A stretch of DNA of 63,560 bases, filler included, from Octopus bimaculoides (GCF_001194135.2; 5 parts of 5 records of this genome joined end to end with filler, not necessarily neighbours in it); one strand, 5' to 3'. Shown: positions 1 through 13,163, counted from the first letter of the whole stretch. Numbers and translations are program-made. The notes: generated by a model from the sequence alone, not told the origin.

Positions 1-70
1 ATATACACACACACATACATACATATATACACACATATATATATATATATACACACACACACATGTATAT

Positions 71-101
<31 letters not shown>

Positions 102-162
102 CACACATACATACATATATATACACACATACATACATATATACACATACATACATATACAC

Positions 163-203
<41 letters not shown>

Positions 204-300
204 TATATATACACACACACACACATATATATATATATACACACACACACACATATATATATATATACACACACACACACATACATATATATATATACAT
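1..300. repeat. Compound (TA)n/(CA)n/(TACA)n microsatellite
   Basis: Directly visible; explains the IY/HT-repeat ORF 63..416. Confidence 0.95.
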
Positions 301-540
301 GCACATCCTTTAACATCTGTTTCCCATGCTGGCATGGATTGGACAATTTGGCAAGAGCTGCCCAGGCTCCAATTGTCTATTTTGGCATGGTTTCTACAGC
401 TGGATGCTCTTCCTAACATCAACCACTTCACAGAGTGTGCTGGGTGCTTTTTACATAGTGCTAGCACAGGCGCTTTATATATAGCACCAGCATGGGTACT
501 TTATATGTGGAACGAGCACAGGTGCTTTTTACATGGTCTT
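300..540 (-). mobile_element. RTE LINE 3'UTR fragment (family with ATG/GAT tail)
   Basis: tttaacatctgtttcccatgctggcatgg...tttctacagctggatgc...cctaacatcaaccac, homologous to the copies at 8430, 10500 and 20500. Confidence 0.8.
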
Positions 541-838
541 AACACATATATAGATATATAACACACACAAGTTTTAAACCTAATTTTAGTTGTTATTCCA
601 TGCTGTCAAACCATGTAACATTACATGACTGATGAATAGTCTCTGACCTTAGTCTGAAGATGAGTTCTGGTAGGTAGTAGGAAGCATAGCTGAGAAAACT
701 TCTCTCACAAAAGATAAATGCCCAACATTAGCTAAAAGCAATCTGTAGTATTGCAGAAAATTAGAAGTAATTTATCAACGATGATTAATGATATAATTCA
801 TTAGTTTAATAAAACAAACTAAAACCCATTGAACTCAC

Positions 839-998
839 CTGTAGCAACTTGATGACCCATTCCACGACTACCACTGTGAATCATGACACAGACCTGCCCA
901 GTGTGATCAATCCCCATCTTTCGGGCAGCATAGTCATCATAAATCTCATCAACAACCTGGACTTCAGCATAGTGATTGCCTGCACCAAGGGTTCCTAA
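839..998 (-). CDS. RTCB: RTCB coding exon 7 ([53 protein letters not shown]); the gene continues beyond the window start
   Basis: Conserved GNHYAE and IHSGSRG catalytic motifs. cactag acceptor, GTGAGT donor; 160 nt, phase 0/1. Confidence 0.97.
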
Positions 999-1123
999 CT
1001 AGTGCCAGAAATAAAAAAATAAAATAATAAACTCTGTTTCATTTATTAAATAAAGGACATAACTACTTGGTAAATTTCTGTATTTTAAATTATTTCTATT
1101 TATATATAGATTAAAATATAATT

Positions 1124-1327
1124 TGACTGATCCAGTGACCTGTCACTCTCAAGCTTACTCAATGTGTTATTGGTTCCTCAGACAAGAAAAAACTGAGTTT
1201 AGCCAGGCATGTATCCCCCCTTACCTGTTGTCACAATGATGTGCTATTATTCACCATCCAGTCTATTCCTGTCTGAGGAATGAACTAATCAAGGAAACTC
1301 CAGAGTAAAAAGTCATTGGATCAGTCA
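1124..1327. repeat. MITE-like foldback with terminal and internal inverted repeats
   Basis: TGACTGATCCAGTGAC (1124) vs GTCATTGGATCAGTCA (ending 1327); TTCCTCAGACAAGAA (1174) vs TTCCTGTCTGAGGAA (1266). Confidence 0.6.
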
Positions 1328-3605
1328 GAATAAACTATTGCACTCTTCTACTACAGTATTGAGTATCCTTACTCCTTCTTGTTAAAAACCAAAACATAAA
1401 GCTAAAAATATGTCTTTTTTTTAGTACAGGTCATTAAAAAAACTATGTACAAAGAGCATGGCAAGTAAAATAATAAGTTTGGAAACTACTACAAAAGAGT
1501 ATTGAACTTAAAAGCCTTAAAGTATTTAGTTTTGTTGTGTAGCTCTAAAGTCAGTAGTTTGTTCAAAGGCACTCCAACTGTAATCATCTTGTCTTTTTTT
1601 CAAGTAATTATCAAATGTGTCCCTTTTTACTTAAGACAGTTATATGTAATTTGAAGGAGACTTGGCTGAATTTTATGTTCTATGTAATTTTGCTGTTTGT
1701 TTATAGTTCAAGCCCTGTTTATCTTTCAGTCCCACCGGTATCAATAAAATAGTGATGGACAAGCAATGAAGTTGATTTAACTAACTGTATTAACTTAACT
1801 GTATTGCATTCTCACATGTAAATTTATAACTTTGTGCTGATGTAAAATTTAATGTTCTGGATTAGATAAGGACATGGTCATAATAAAGTTAGACTATACT
1901 GCAGCAATTGTGTGGTGAACTTGGATACCATGTACAACTTTACTTACTATTTGACTGACAATAGGTTTCATTATCTACTTCAACACAACAGTGTATATCA
2001 ATAAGAGAATCTACAGCTGTAAAACCAATTGTTCCTAAGACTATGAAATCAACAAGTTTACAAAACTGCCTCACTTGAATTTGAAGAAAGAAAATAGGTG
2101 TACAATAGTATAATATAGATAAATAAAATAAGAGGGTGGTAGATGGCAGAATCAGAACAATGAATAATAAAATGATTTGGGTATAGTTAGTGACATTATT
2201 TTACATTTTGATTAAATCCTGCCAAGGTTGATTGTTGCCATTCATTCTTCAGAGCATCAGTAAAAGAAGTTCTAGTAGTATCACACTGTCAGTTAAATTG
2301 ACTACACCCTACCCATGAAAAAGTGTAGAATTGTGCCTATGTATGATATCTTTATTGATAAGCTGTGTGTTTCTGCCTTACAATGTCTTAATTTGCTGAA
2401 GATATCTTCTATCTGAGTCTTGCAGTACATAGTTACATTTCTTTACATCCAAGTTCAAATCCTTTGGAGACTGATTTTATTATTTTATTTTTTATTTGTC
2501 CAAGAATGATGAAAAGTAAAGTACTAGTCTCATACTGAGGCTGATTTAAATGACTGCCTTGCATCCACTCAAATTGCAAGCTCATCTCTAAGTTACAAAT
2601 CATTACCATTATAGTATTTCTATTTATGCTGTAGACTGTACCAAAATTAACAGCATAATTAAAGTATTTTATTACCAATTTCAAAGCCATAAGATTTGCG
2701 CTTTTCTGCACCCACTGGATTCTATTTTTAAGCAACACATATTTATTGCATTTGTTGGAGCCAGGAGATAAAACTATTTCCAGTAGGTCAGTTTTTGCTG
2801 TTGAGTAGCTAATACCAATCATGGACAGCAAATAGATAGTATTTGGAACAACTTGTCATATTCTAGTAAGGAACAATATCTTCACAATAATTTGCTAATG
2901 AATATATGTGCGCATGTGTGATTCCAATGAAAGAATAGTGTTTTCCCTAATATTATATAAGTTTAAATATTACGTGTATTTTATCTCTCATGGAAACAAC
3001 ATTTAAAGAGGAAGTTTAATTGCAAATTGAAAGTAAATTATTTCAATCACAGGGAGTTTACTAAGCAGATGTGTTGAGTTTGACTTCATGTGTCACCAAA
3101 GAAAAACAGTGTTGTGTCTTTTGTTAAAACACTTTCTTTAGTTTACTAAGGAAAAATATTAAGCAACTACTGACTGGTTGTTTAGTTAAAAAGGACAAAA
3201 AAATTGACAAATGGCTGTTTTCATAACTGATTTTGAATATTACAAAAGCAAAGGCAATATATGGAAAGACAGATTCTAGTAGGCTACAGAATATGTAGAA
3301 AGACAGATTCTAGTAGACTGCAGAAGACTTTTACAGACACCTTGTTGGAATGTTTGACAACATGATGATGATGTTGGAGGAGATGGCAGATAAGAATAAG
3401 AAACCTGAGGCAGAAAAAGCTACAAAAATAAAAGTGGAGGATTAAAGAAAGAAAGAAAGAAAAAAAAATGAATTGATAAGGAAGATAAAAGCAAGAGGGA
3501 GAGATGAAGATGGATAATAACAAAAATAAAGTAGTGTGTAATGTATCATACAGACATATTAAAGCAGTAATGATGTTTTTGTAGCTTGGTTCAAAGATAT
3601 TTTAC

Positions 3606-3712
3606 CTGAGGAAGTCCCCTTTTTTTGGCTCGGTTACTAACTTTAGAGGGATCTGCCTGTAACATACGCCCATATTCTTCACAATGCTCTTTGTCTTCAG
3701 CCCAGGAATAGC
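3606..3712 (-). CDS. RTCB: RTCB coding exon 6 ([36 protein letters not shown]); not in the ORF track
   Basis: Matches human [36 protein letters not shown]. cattag acceptor, GTAAA donor; 107 nt, phase 1/0. Confidence 0.97.
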
Positions 3713-4436
3713 CTAATGTGTGCAAACAAAGTGGAAAAGAAATTAGTACTAATCATTCCAGAAAATATACAAGTGATAAGTCGAAAGTTTTTGATATTGA
3801 TAGGTTTTTATTGGTGTGGGTAAAATGTTTGATATAAACTCTAGCATATCACTTTTATATTATAGTAAGTAGATTGGGATGGAGGAGGGGGATGATTCTC
3901 TCATCAAGTATGGTGTTAATTAACAACTAAGTTTGTTTTTAAAGTAAGTTTAAATGACAAGTTTTTTTTTTCTCACTGACATTTTAAGGGAAAGTTGCTC
4001 AAAATGTCAATGCTGTGAGAAAAATAATAATAAAAATAAAAACATGAAAGAAAGAAAGTACAAATTAAATAGTTCAAACCCAGAGAAAGATGACAGTTTA
4101 TAAGTAAAAGGTAAAGTTAGCTAAAAAATAGAATTGAAATAGTTATCCATGTTCTGATAGTATAGTTATATCGGTATAATAAAATAAGATGCCATGTGTG
4201 TCAACTTATTTAATACAATTTGGATGAAAATGCAAATAATAGTTAAAAAAAAAAATAATCCAAGGTAAAGTGAAAATTTTATATCTATAAAGAAATACCT
4301 AAAGAAGGCAATTAAAATAGCTATTATTTAAATCAGATGTTTAAATTTCTAGATTCATCTAAAAACATTGTCAAGATAGCAAAACAGCTGAAAAATACTC
4401 ACACACACAAATAAATAGAAGTATAAAATAACTCAC

Positions 4437-4486
4437 CCTCTCTCAATGACCAATCCATACCCATTTCTAAAGCTTCTTCCAAAGCT
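4437..4486 (-). CDS. RTCB: RTCB coding exon 5 (Q-ALEEALEMGMDWSLRE+G); not in the ORF track
   Basis: Matches human DLEEALEMGVDWSLREG. ttttag acceptor, GTGAGT donor; 50 nt, phase 2/1. Confidence 0.95.
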
Positions 4487-4799
4487 CTAAAATTAAACAA
4501 AAATTAAATCAATATTAACTAAAAACTGAACTATATGCATTTTGTAAAAATCTCTAGTTTCTAACAGCTTTGAGAGATTAATATAGAGAAAGCACAAGAC
4601 TTTAAGCATTAATTAATAAATAGTGCCATATAAATGGTATCAACATTTATCTTGCCATTTATCTACTACTGCCATTGATACAAAAAAAAATACACAGTCT
4701 TTTAATTTGATGATCATGGTTTCAATGATGTTGTTAAATTAATGAGTACTAGCAGTAATTCTCAAACTGAATAAGCGTGACACATTATGTGACAAAACG

Positions 4800-6130
4800 G
4801 GTCTTTGAATTATAGGATACGAAAACAGGGAAGACCCCAACCCTTCAGGAATCACCACTGAGATGCTTAAAATATCCGGTGGAGTGGGATATGGCCTAGT
4901 CACTCATATAGTTAATCAGATTATCCATGAGAGAGTCATTTCCCATGACTGATGTAACAGCATTATAATCAACTGCTACAAAGGTAAAGGTGAGACCTTA
5001 AACAGAAATATTTACAGAGATATCAAATTGCTAGACCAGGTCATGAAAGTTAAAGAGAGGGTCATAGCTCAAGTAAGTAGGAAGTTAACCTAGATGAGAT
5101 GCAGTTTGGTTTTGTGCCAGAGAGAAACACTACTGGTAAGGCAATTGCAGAAGAATTTAGTCAAGAATACACCTCTGTACTTGGCTTTTATAGACCTGAA
5201 GAAAGCTTTTGACAGTCTCCAGCTCCCCCATCTGGTGGTCAATGCAGAAGCTAGGGATAGATGAGTGGTTGGTGAGAGCAGTACAAGCCATGTACAAAGA
5301 TACTGTCAGTAAGGTGAAGGTCGGCAATGACTACAGCAATGGATTTAGTGTACAAATAGGAGTTCACCAAGTGTCAGTCTCAGCCCCATCTTGTTTATTA
5401 TAGTCCTCCAGGCCATAACAAACAGGGGAATTTAAGATTGATGACCTTGTTCTTATAGCTGAATCACTACCAGAACTAGAGAGGAAATTTCAGGTCCGGA
5501 ATCTAAGGACCTTAGAGCTAATTTAGATATAATTTTAGAGAAAAATTGTGTATAAGAGGCATCAGTTGTAGTGTGCAAAAGAGAAGACTTCGCTGGTGTG
5601 GTCATGTGATGTGTTTGGATGAGGATAGCTGTATGAAGAAGTGCCAATTTCTAACTGTGGAGGGAACCTGTGGAAGATGTGGGACAAAGTAGTAAGAAAA
5701 GATCTAAAGACACTAGACCTCACGTAAAGACACTGAAGATGACAAAGAACTGAGACTTGTGATAGTTTGTGCTTGAGAGACAAGTCAAGCTAAGTAAAAC
5801 TATGACTGTCCATACATATAGATATGTTCTCTACACCTCTCTCTCAGTCAAGATGTACTTCTCATGAGGGCTTGTGTGTGCTAGAGTGACATAAAAACAC
5901 CTGCGCTTATGTCATGTAAAAGTGCTCATGCTGGTGCCACGTAAAAGCACCTGTACCAGTGCCACATAAAAGCACCCATGCTGGTGCCACATAAAAAGCA
6001 CCCAGTACTCTTTGTGAAGTGGTTGGCATTAGGAAGGGTATCCAGTCAAAATAGACAATTGGAACCTGGGCAGCTCCTCAGCTCCTGTCAAACCATCCAA
6101 CCCATGCCGGCATGGAATCTTTCATATAAT
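4800..6130 (+). mobile_element. 5'-truncated, internally deleted RTE-clade LINE (RT remnant plus 3'UTR)
   Basis: Decayed RT motifs: NCYKGKG...YRDIKLLDQVMKV, MQFGFVP, AFIDLKKAFD, IWWSMQKLGIDEWLVRAVQAMYKD, GVHQ, DDLVLIAES. Followed by the family 3'UTR with GTGCCACGTAAAAGCAC units. Confidence 0.9.
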
Positions 6131-6645
6131 GATGAATTCATCCAGTGAGTTTCTATGCAAAAGGCTTGGATCAACCCGAGTATATGGTAGAAGGCATTTG
6201 ATGCCATGCAATGGAATCAAATTTGGGACTTCAGGATTATAAAGTAAACATCTTAGTCAAGTGGTTATGCCTGTGTCCTCAACTTAGGGATTCCTGAATG
6301 CATATACTAGTTTGAACATAAAAAAATACATTAAAATAAGCTCCTGTAAGAGGCACAAAAACAGGGAAAGAACATAAACACATTCTGAATGTAAGGAAAA
6401 CCCTCCTTAATTTTCAAATAGAAAATAAAATCTTTTTTGTTTAGCATGAATGCATAAAATTCTTATCGTCAAAAGAGCATTTACACATTGATATTTAAAA
6501 TCATTTATTGCCTATACACAAAATTTTGAGGCAAGATTTCAAAACATGAAATTTTCTAAAACACAGCCACTAAATTTCTAACATGATATCATAACCTGAT
6601 GTTTAAATAGCAGTTTCTTATATGAATAATGGTAAATTAACTTAC

Positions 6646-6853
6646 TGAGCATTCATAGGGATTATTCCCTTTGAACCAACACCAACTGGAATATGGTTAA
6701 ACATGCACTGGCACAGCTGTTCCTTAATAGGAGTGACATCTTTTTCATCCAAATTGGTTCGCAACAAACGTACACCACAGTTTATATCAAAGCCGACACC
6801 ACCAGGGGATACCACAGCTTTTGGGTTACTCATATCAAATGCAGCCATATTAC
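6646..6853 (-). CDS. RTCB: RTCB coding exon 4 ([34 protein letters not shown]...[15 protein letters not shown])
   Basis: Contains the metal-binding GFDINCGVR motif. catcag acceptor, GTAAG donor; 208 nt, phase 1/2. Confidence 0.97.
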
Positions 6854-7084
6854 CTGATGATATAAAGAAAAAAAAAGTTTCATGTTGTTACAGCAAAAGT
6901 CACATTTATAGCTTTGCTCAACGACAATTTTGTTGACTTACTAATCACTATGCAATGACAATAAATAGCCAACTGTGCCCCCCACCCACAGACACATCAT
7001 GTGATCTAATGACGGGCCATTAAAATTTCATTTTTACAAGGAAACAAAAAGATGATATAGATAACTAATATCTATTTCTTCTTT

Positions 7085-7448
7085 TTTTTTTTTTACTTGT
7101 TTCTATCATTAAACTGTGGCTATGTTGGAGAATGACCTTAAACGATTTCATCTATTAAACTGACCCTGGTACTTATTTTAAAGTTTGGTATCTTTGCTAC
7201 TAAGTTACAAGAATATAACAAAACTAACACCAACTGTCAAGCAGTGAGAGATAAACACAAAGATGCATACACTGACACACAAACACACATATGGGCTTCT
7301 GCATAGATTCCATCAACTAAATTCACTCACAAGGCATTCGTTGGTTAGCCAGAGGCTATAGTAAACATTTGTTCAAAGTACCACAGAGTGAGACTGAATT
7401 AGAAACCACACAATCATGATGCCAACTTCTTAACCACATGACTATGCC
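7085..7448 (-). mobile_element. tRNA-derived SINE family A, decayed copy
   Basis: Homologous to the intact copy at 50641-51046. Confidence 0.65.
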
Positions 7449-8429
7449 TGCACTTTTGATAACAATGACTAATAACTAATATTCATCAGGTATAATAATG
7501 TTTCTTCACACCTTAAGTATGAGTGTGGGGAAGGAGGATTTGAAGCCCTTGCATATGATGGAGATGTAGTCTGTTTTTCAAAATTCCCCAAATATTTGAG
7601 CTACTTTTGTCTCATATTTTTCCAACTGTAGTTGAGCTGGCATTTTGGCATACAGAAATATGAACTCATCAAAGGAGAGGGAAGAAGAGTGATTATGATG
7701 CACTTTAACTTGCCTAATAACAGTCAAATGTGGAAATATCCAGTCCACTCAGCTGGCAAAAATGAGTCATACCTGTAATTCAAAGGGCCAGCCTTGTCAT
7801 ATTCTGTGTCACGCTGAATTTCTCTGAGAACTATGTTAAGGGTATGCATGACTGTGGAGTGCTCAGCCACTTGCACGTTAATTTCATGAGCAAGCTGTTT
7901 CATTGATAAGAACAACTGGAACATTTGTAATTGTAAATGTCCTGCCAGTTCAGAAATAATGAGAAAAATGGTGTGGTGGCTTTAGTGAGGTTTATCTTCT
8001 CCTCATTAACTCACAAAACTTTATCCCCACCAGAACAAAACATTTGAAATCTATACTCATTTCAAGAAATCCAACATCTTTTAGCTGTTGAGATCCTGAA
8101 ATTACTCAATCCAGCACTTGTGACTTATGAAGCTTGATCCCTTCCCCAAAGGGCACAAAACTAAATTTATCTTCCACTGACTCAGCAGAAACAACTGAGT
8201 ATGATCTGAAATAGACATGTGCATGAGAGGATGCTATATAGGAAGTAAATTAATCTTCAAATTTAACCAAATTACCAATATGCAACCCAAGTGGATCTTA
8301 GTCTTTCATTTGAATTTTTCCCAACTTTTTTTCCACATGAATCTATCTGAATGGCAAATCATTTAAATTCAAATTCCAACTTCAGGTGGAATATTTTAAA
8401 ACTCCTATTTCTTCAAGGTTCATCAGTAT

Positions 8430-8790
8430 CATCAGCATTGTTGTTTAACGTCTGCTTTCCATGCTGGCATGGGTTGAATGGTTTGACTGAGAATTGGCAG
8501 GCTGGGAGGCTGCACCAGACTCCAATCTGATTTGGCAAGGTTTCTACAGCTGGATGCCCTTCCTAATGGCAACCACTCAAAAAGTGTAGTGGGTGCTTTT
8601 TACGTGCCACTGGCATGGGAGCCAGTCAGGCGACAACGGCATCAGCCATGCTTGAATGGTGCTTTTTACATGCCAGTCTGACGGCACTGGCATCGGCCAT
8701 GTTCAAATAGTGCTTTTTACGTGCCACCGGCACAGGTACCAGTCAGGCGGCACTGGCATTGGCTACACTCAAATGGGGTTTTTTATGTGC
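8430..8790 (-). mobile_element. RTE LINE 3'UTR fragment
   Basis: (CAT)n tail then tttaacgtctgctttccatgctggcatggg...ggatgcccttcctaa...gtgcttttacgtgccac. Confidence 0.85.
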
Positions 8791-9559
8791 AATATGGCAG
8801 ACTGCAATAGTCTGCACTTTTGGGGTTTTTAATGTGTTTATGTGGTACTGAAACTTCACATGCAACCAGATTGAATTAAGGATGTACTGAAGGATGGTAT
8901 TGACATCTCCAGAATCACAAAATGTAAGCTAGTTTGGCTGCTGTAACTCATTAGAATGAGTTCCAGCCAATGTGAGCAATTTAGAGGTGGTGGTTTTTCT
9001 TTCTGTCCATAAGAGTCAACTTGGTAATGATCATAACATTATTGGAGTTGCCTAAATATTCCCTGATAATAATTTCAGGAGCATTGGTGAATAGCAGACA
9101 AAAAGTATTGTTACTTTCTGTTGGGGAGGAGACTACTTGAGAGTGCTTTGAATTCAATACAAAGTCAAAGAAATCATTTTTCAGCCAGTGAAAGGTTTCA
9201 CCATCAATTTCTAAGGGTAATACTAAAAAAAATTTCTTTGAGAACATATGGCAAGAGCATCTAATAGCACATGAAATGAAATAAGCAACAAAATTAATTA
9301 AAGATGACTAAAACACTGAGCCACTATTACTTTTTCTTTTCTTCAGGCTTACACACACACAATAGTCAAAAAGTGACCAACACACACTGATACAAAGTTA
9401 GCAACTGTTGAATTTCTGGATATAAGAAAAGGGTCTAGAAAGAAGTAACCCAATGGCAAAATACCAAAAACAAAAGAACTATTTTGTAAAAAGAGTTTAT
9501 TTAAAATCAGTATATTGCATATCAAAGGGCAACAAAATAACATTTAAGTATCATCTTAC

Positions 9560-9608
9560 CTATAGCAAATCCATAGCCTGAATGGACATCTGGTAATCCA
9601 ATGGATTT
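9560..9608 (-). CDS. RTCB: RTCB coding exon 3 (KSIGLPDVHSGYGFAI+G); not in the ORF track
   Basis: Manual translation gives the conserved SIGLPDVHSGYGFAIG motif. ttctag acceptor, GTAAG donor; 49 nt, phase 0/1. Confidence 0.96.
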
Positions 9609-9950
9609 CTAGAATTAAGAAAACTATTTTAAGTTAAGATCTTTTAAACCATTGTTCAATATGCTTTTGCAACAAAAATTACACCATACACACTACCATC
9701 ATTATCCCATTACATTTGCTTTCCATACTATTAGGGAATGGATAGGTTGTCATGGTTAAATGAGTTCTTATTCTGATCTAGCCCTCCTAGATGGATCTGC
9801 TTTTATGTTTCCTCTTTAGCTTGGTTTCAACAGCAAGATGTCTTTCCTACCACCAACCATTTTACAGAATGTAACGAGTGTATTTTATCACAGCATCAGT
9901 ACTAAAGAGGTTGTCATTTTCTTGACAAGACTAAAGGATTCTCTTTACAT

Positions 9951-10697
9951 AGGCCTCACCGAGGCAATGACTCGTGACTGAGACCTTTGGAAATATGCTG
10001 TGCGTGAGAAGACCTGGCAAGCCAAGTGAGACCATAATCCAAGGCCTCTGCCAGGGGTGTAGCCAGCCCACTTATGCGTACCTTTCCTTCATTGGACACT
10101 AAACTCCGCTTGCAAAGACCTGTTGAGGCAATTGAAATTGAAATCGAACTAAATTCGACGACTGGCACCCATGCCAACATCTCCTTCATTGGACACTAAA
10201 CTTGGCTTGCGAAAACATGTTGGGGCAAGTGAAAGCGAAATCGTGATGGCACCTGTACCAGTGGAGCGCTAAGAGCACCGTCCGAGCGTCATTGTTGCCA
10301 GAGCAGCTATCTGGCTTCCGTGCCAGTGACATGTAAATAGCACCATTTGAGCGTAATTGTTACCAGCGTCGCCTTCCTGGCACTTGTGCCGGTAGCACGT
10401 GAAAAGACATTTGAGCAAGGTCGTTGCCAGTGCTGCTGGATTGGCTCCTGTGCAGGTGGCACATAAAATACACTATTTTGAGCGCGGCTGTTGCCAGTAC
10501 CGCCTGACTGGCCTTCATGCCGGTGGCACGTAAAAGCACCCACTACACTGTCGGAGTGGTTGGCGTTAGGAAGGACATCCAACTGGAGAAACTCTGCCAA
10601 ATCAGATTGGAGCCTGGCGTAGCCATCTGGTTCACCACTCCTCAGTCAAATTGTCCAACCCATGCTAGCATGGAAAGCAGACGATGATGATGATGAT
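9951..10697 (+). mobile_element. RTE LINE 3' end: last ORF2 codons (GLTEAMTRD*DLWKYAVREKTWQAK*) plus the full repeat-rich 3'UTR and (GAT)n tail
   Basis: The ORF2 C-terminus resembles the ends of the 4800 and 23130 elements; tandem ~65-nt units; ttggcgttaggaagg motif; GAT tail. Confidence 0.85.
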
Positions 10698-12192
10698 ATT
10701 ATATATATATAAAACCATTGCTACTCTGTATTATAATCAATTTCATGTTCATCCATTTATTGTTTCAGTGTAAAGTACTACGACATACAACTGATCCTGA
10801 CAAGGCAAAAGTTTGTAACAATGGAAAAGTATTAGGCAAGTAGTCTAAAACACTTAGTTTATCCTCTCTCCATTGTTAGTAAAATAATTCATTATCAGTG
10901 GATTTGAACACAGAATCAGCAAACTCTAAACAATATTTTACTGCATTGTCTCTGCTACCTCTAATACTTTCATTTTTTAAAATCAATACTCAAAGACCAA
11001 ACCTGTGCCAACAAGAGAATTTCTTTCAAATTCATAAATAAGATTACAAGTTTTAAAAATTCTAAATTATGGGCTAACATAAAGACAAGATGTTCATAAC
11101 TAAAATACTAATCAAGTGCTTAGATCTATGCAAATGGAATTGATTGGAACTCCAAGATAACAACAATTATATTGCTAAGGATTAAATGGATCTGGAATAC
11201 AAACTCTTTCCATGCATCTCAATCTTGTAGTTGTCTCTGTGAACAATGTTATCATTTAAAAAGTTAGCTTTGCTTGAACAAGACAATTTTGATATCTTCA
11301 GTATTTCAATCTCATTGTTTTGACTAATATATATTCTAAGAATTTCTTCCTGAACAGATAACCACATACCTTAATTGATAATATTTTATGAAATTCTCTA
11401 GAAATTAACACAGAATAAGTTGAACATATTCATATCTGAATCACTGTATTCAGTAAGATATTCTGAGAATATCTTTAAGAGAAGGCAAAATTTCTAACAA
11501 ATATCTCACCAACTGAAAAGAAATTTGCAGTGATATTAGCCCAAAATATCCAATGATACAATCATCCTGAGACAGATTCCTATTCTTAGAAGTATTCCAA
11601 TCTGCTGCAGTCAAGGGTTTTGTCAAGTTCATTTAAAACAATTTACTCGTTGTGCTATTGACTAGTTGAAAATGATTGCCCTCAGATAATGTTGGTACTC
11701 TTTTTGAGTGATGAAGAAATCTGATTAGCTGTAAGCCTTGCATTATACAAAGAACAGTTGTGCTAAAAGGACAGCACCTATACTAATCAATATGAAAATA
11801 ATGAAAAATAACTCTTTCAGATTGATTACTACTGAAACTCTGTGTAACATGGTTCTTTTTCTGAAAAGCTAATTACAAATCTAAGAAGCTTATTGTACGA
11901 AGAAGAGATGCAAATACTGTATACATTTTTCATTCCCTGCTAGATCAGTATCTAGCAGGGAATGTAAAGATTACCCTATTTTCGTTAACACATATCTTAC
12001 AGTAATTTTACTGCCTTTGAATAATACAAAATTATTTCTCATATATGGCACAAATCCACATATTTCCAGGAGTTGAGCATATTCAATGGCATCAATTCTC
12101 TGTATGCCAATAAATCCTATTCCACCAACTAAATAGTATAAAGTCCACTGTTCCACCATTCCCAGTGAAATCAAAAGACTTTTACTTTTTAC

Positions 12193-12339
12193 CTGTACAA
12201 TACCAGGAAGTGCGGCAACGTTGCCAATCTGTTTCATAGCAGGTAAAAAGCCTCCAAATCCACGGTTGTTACAAGACTGTTTTAATTCATCAAACATCAG
12301 TTTCTCCAAGTGATCATTTACATAAAATAATCCCTCCAC
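12193..12339 (-). CDS. RTCB: RTCB coding exon 2 ([49 protein letters not shown])
   Basis: Near-identical to human VEGVFYVNDALEKLMFEEL...[21 protein letters not shown]. tttcag acceptor, GTAAAA donor; 147 nt, phase 0/0. Confidence 0.97.
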
Positions 12340-13163
12340 CTGAAAGTAGAATATTCCAGAAATCTAATGATTCACTAAAAAGAATAATACATAGATAATA
12401 ATGTTTGGTGTTTCAATTGGTGTTTCTAAAAAATGACAAAATAAAATATGTAAATGAGAAATGTAGGTCATTCTCCTCAGAAAATTTGATGTAAGCCAAG
12501 GGCTCTCAACTAGTTTCTTGAGTATTTTTGTGGGCCATTTGAGCATAAAATATATGAAATTAAACAGAAGAAATTCAATTAAACATCAAATAATGCAACC
12601 TAATGGAAAACAAAATAGGTAAATGCAGGAACACACACTGACAAATCATAACGTTTAATTGCATCCTAGTATGTGACAGATGAATTTTCTGTAGATCAGT
12701 GAAAATTGCCATGGACATCACTGGTTGTTAAGAGTTAGTTTGGTACTCTACAACAGAATCATTTCATTACACATCTACTTTTACAGTTACAATGAACAAA
12801 GCACAACTTGACATCATTTAGGATATGTTTTTATAAAAATCAAACTTAATAGGAACTAAGTGAAAAATTTTAATAAATTGTGGATTTGATGATGTACAAC
12901 ATCCATGAAGCATAATGAAGCCTCACAAAACCCAATCCAACATTGCAGTATGTTACAAGTCCACAGGGCTCACCAACAGAATACAAAAATAGATTAAACT
13001 ATAGAGAATGTATGCACCCAGTCTGGCACACTGCACCTCAGATTATTAACAACTCTGTGTAGGAATATGCAGAATGATTTTTAAGTAGATGACGGCATAT
13101 TTGAAAGAAGACATCTACATCTAGGCCATAAATCTGCTCAGAGCTGATTGGGGTTACATAGCA

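Noticed and set aside
63-416. ORFs rich in IY, HT, CV or X (e.g. 32290-33384, 45937-46286, 48085-49037, 52395-53433)
   Set aside because: Translations of microsatellites and N gaps.
2433-2831. 132-aa minus-strand ORF inside an RTCB intron
   Set aside because: No recognisable domain; starts at a weak codon in AT-rich intron; likely chance.
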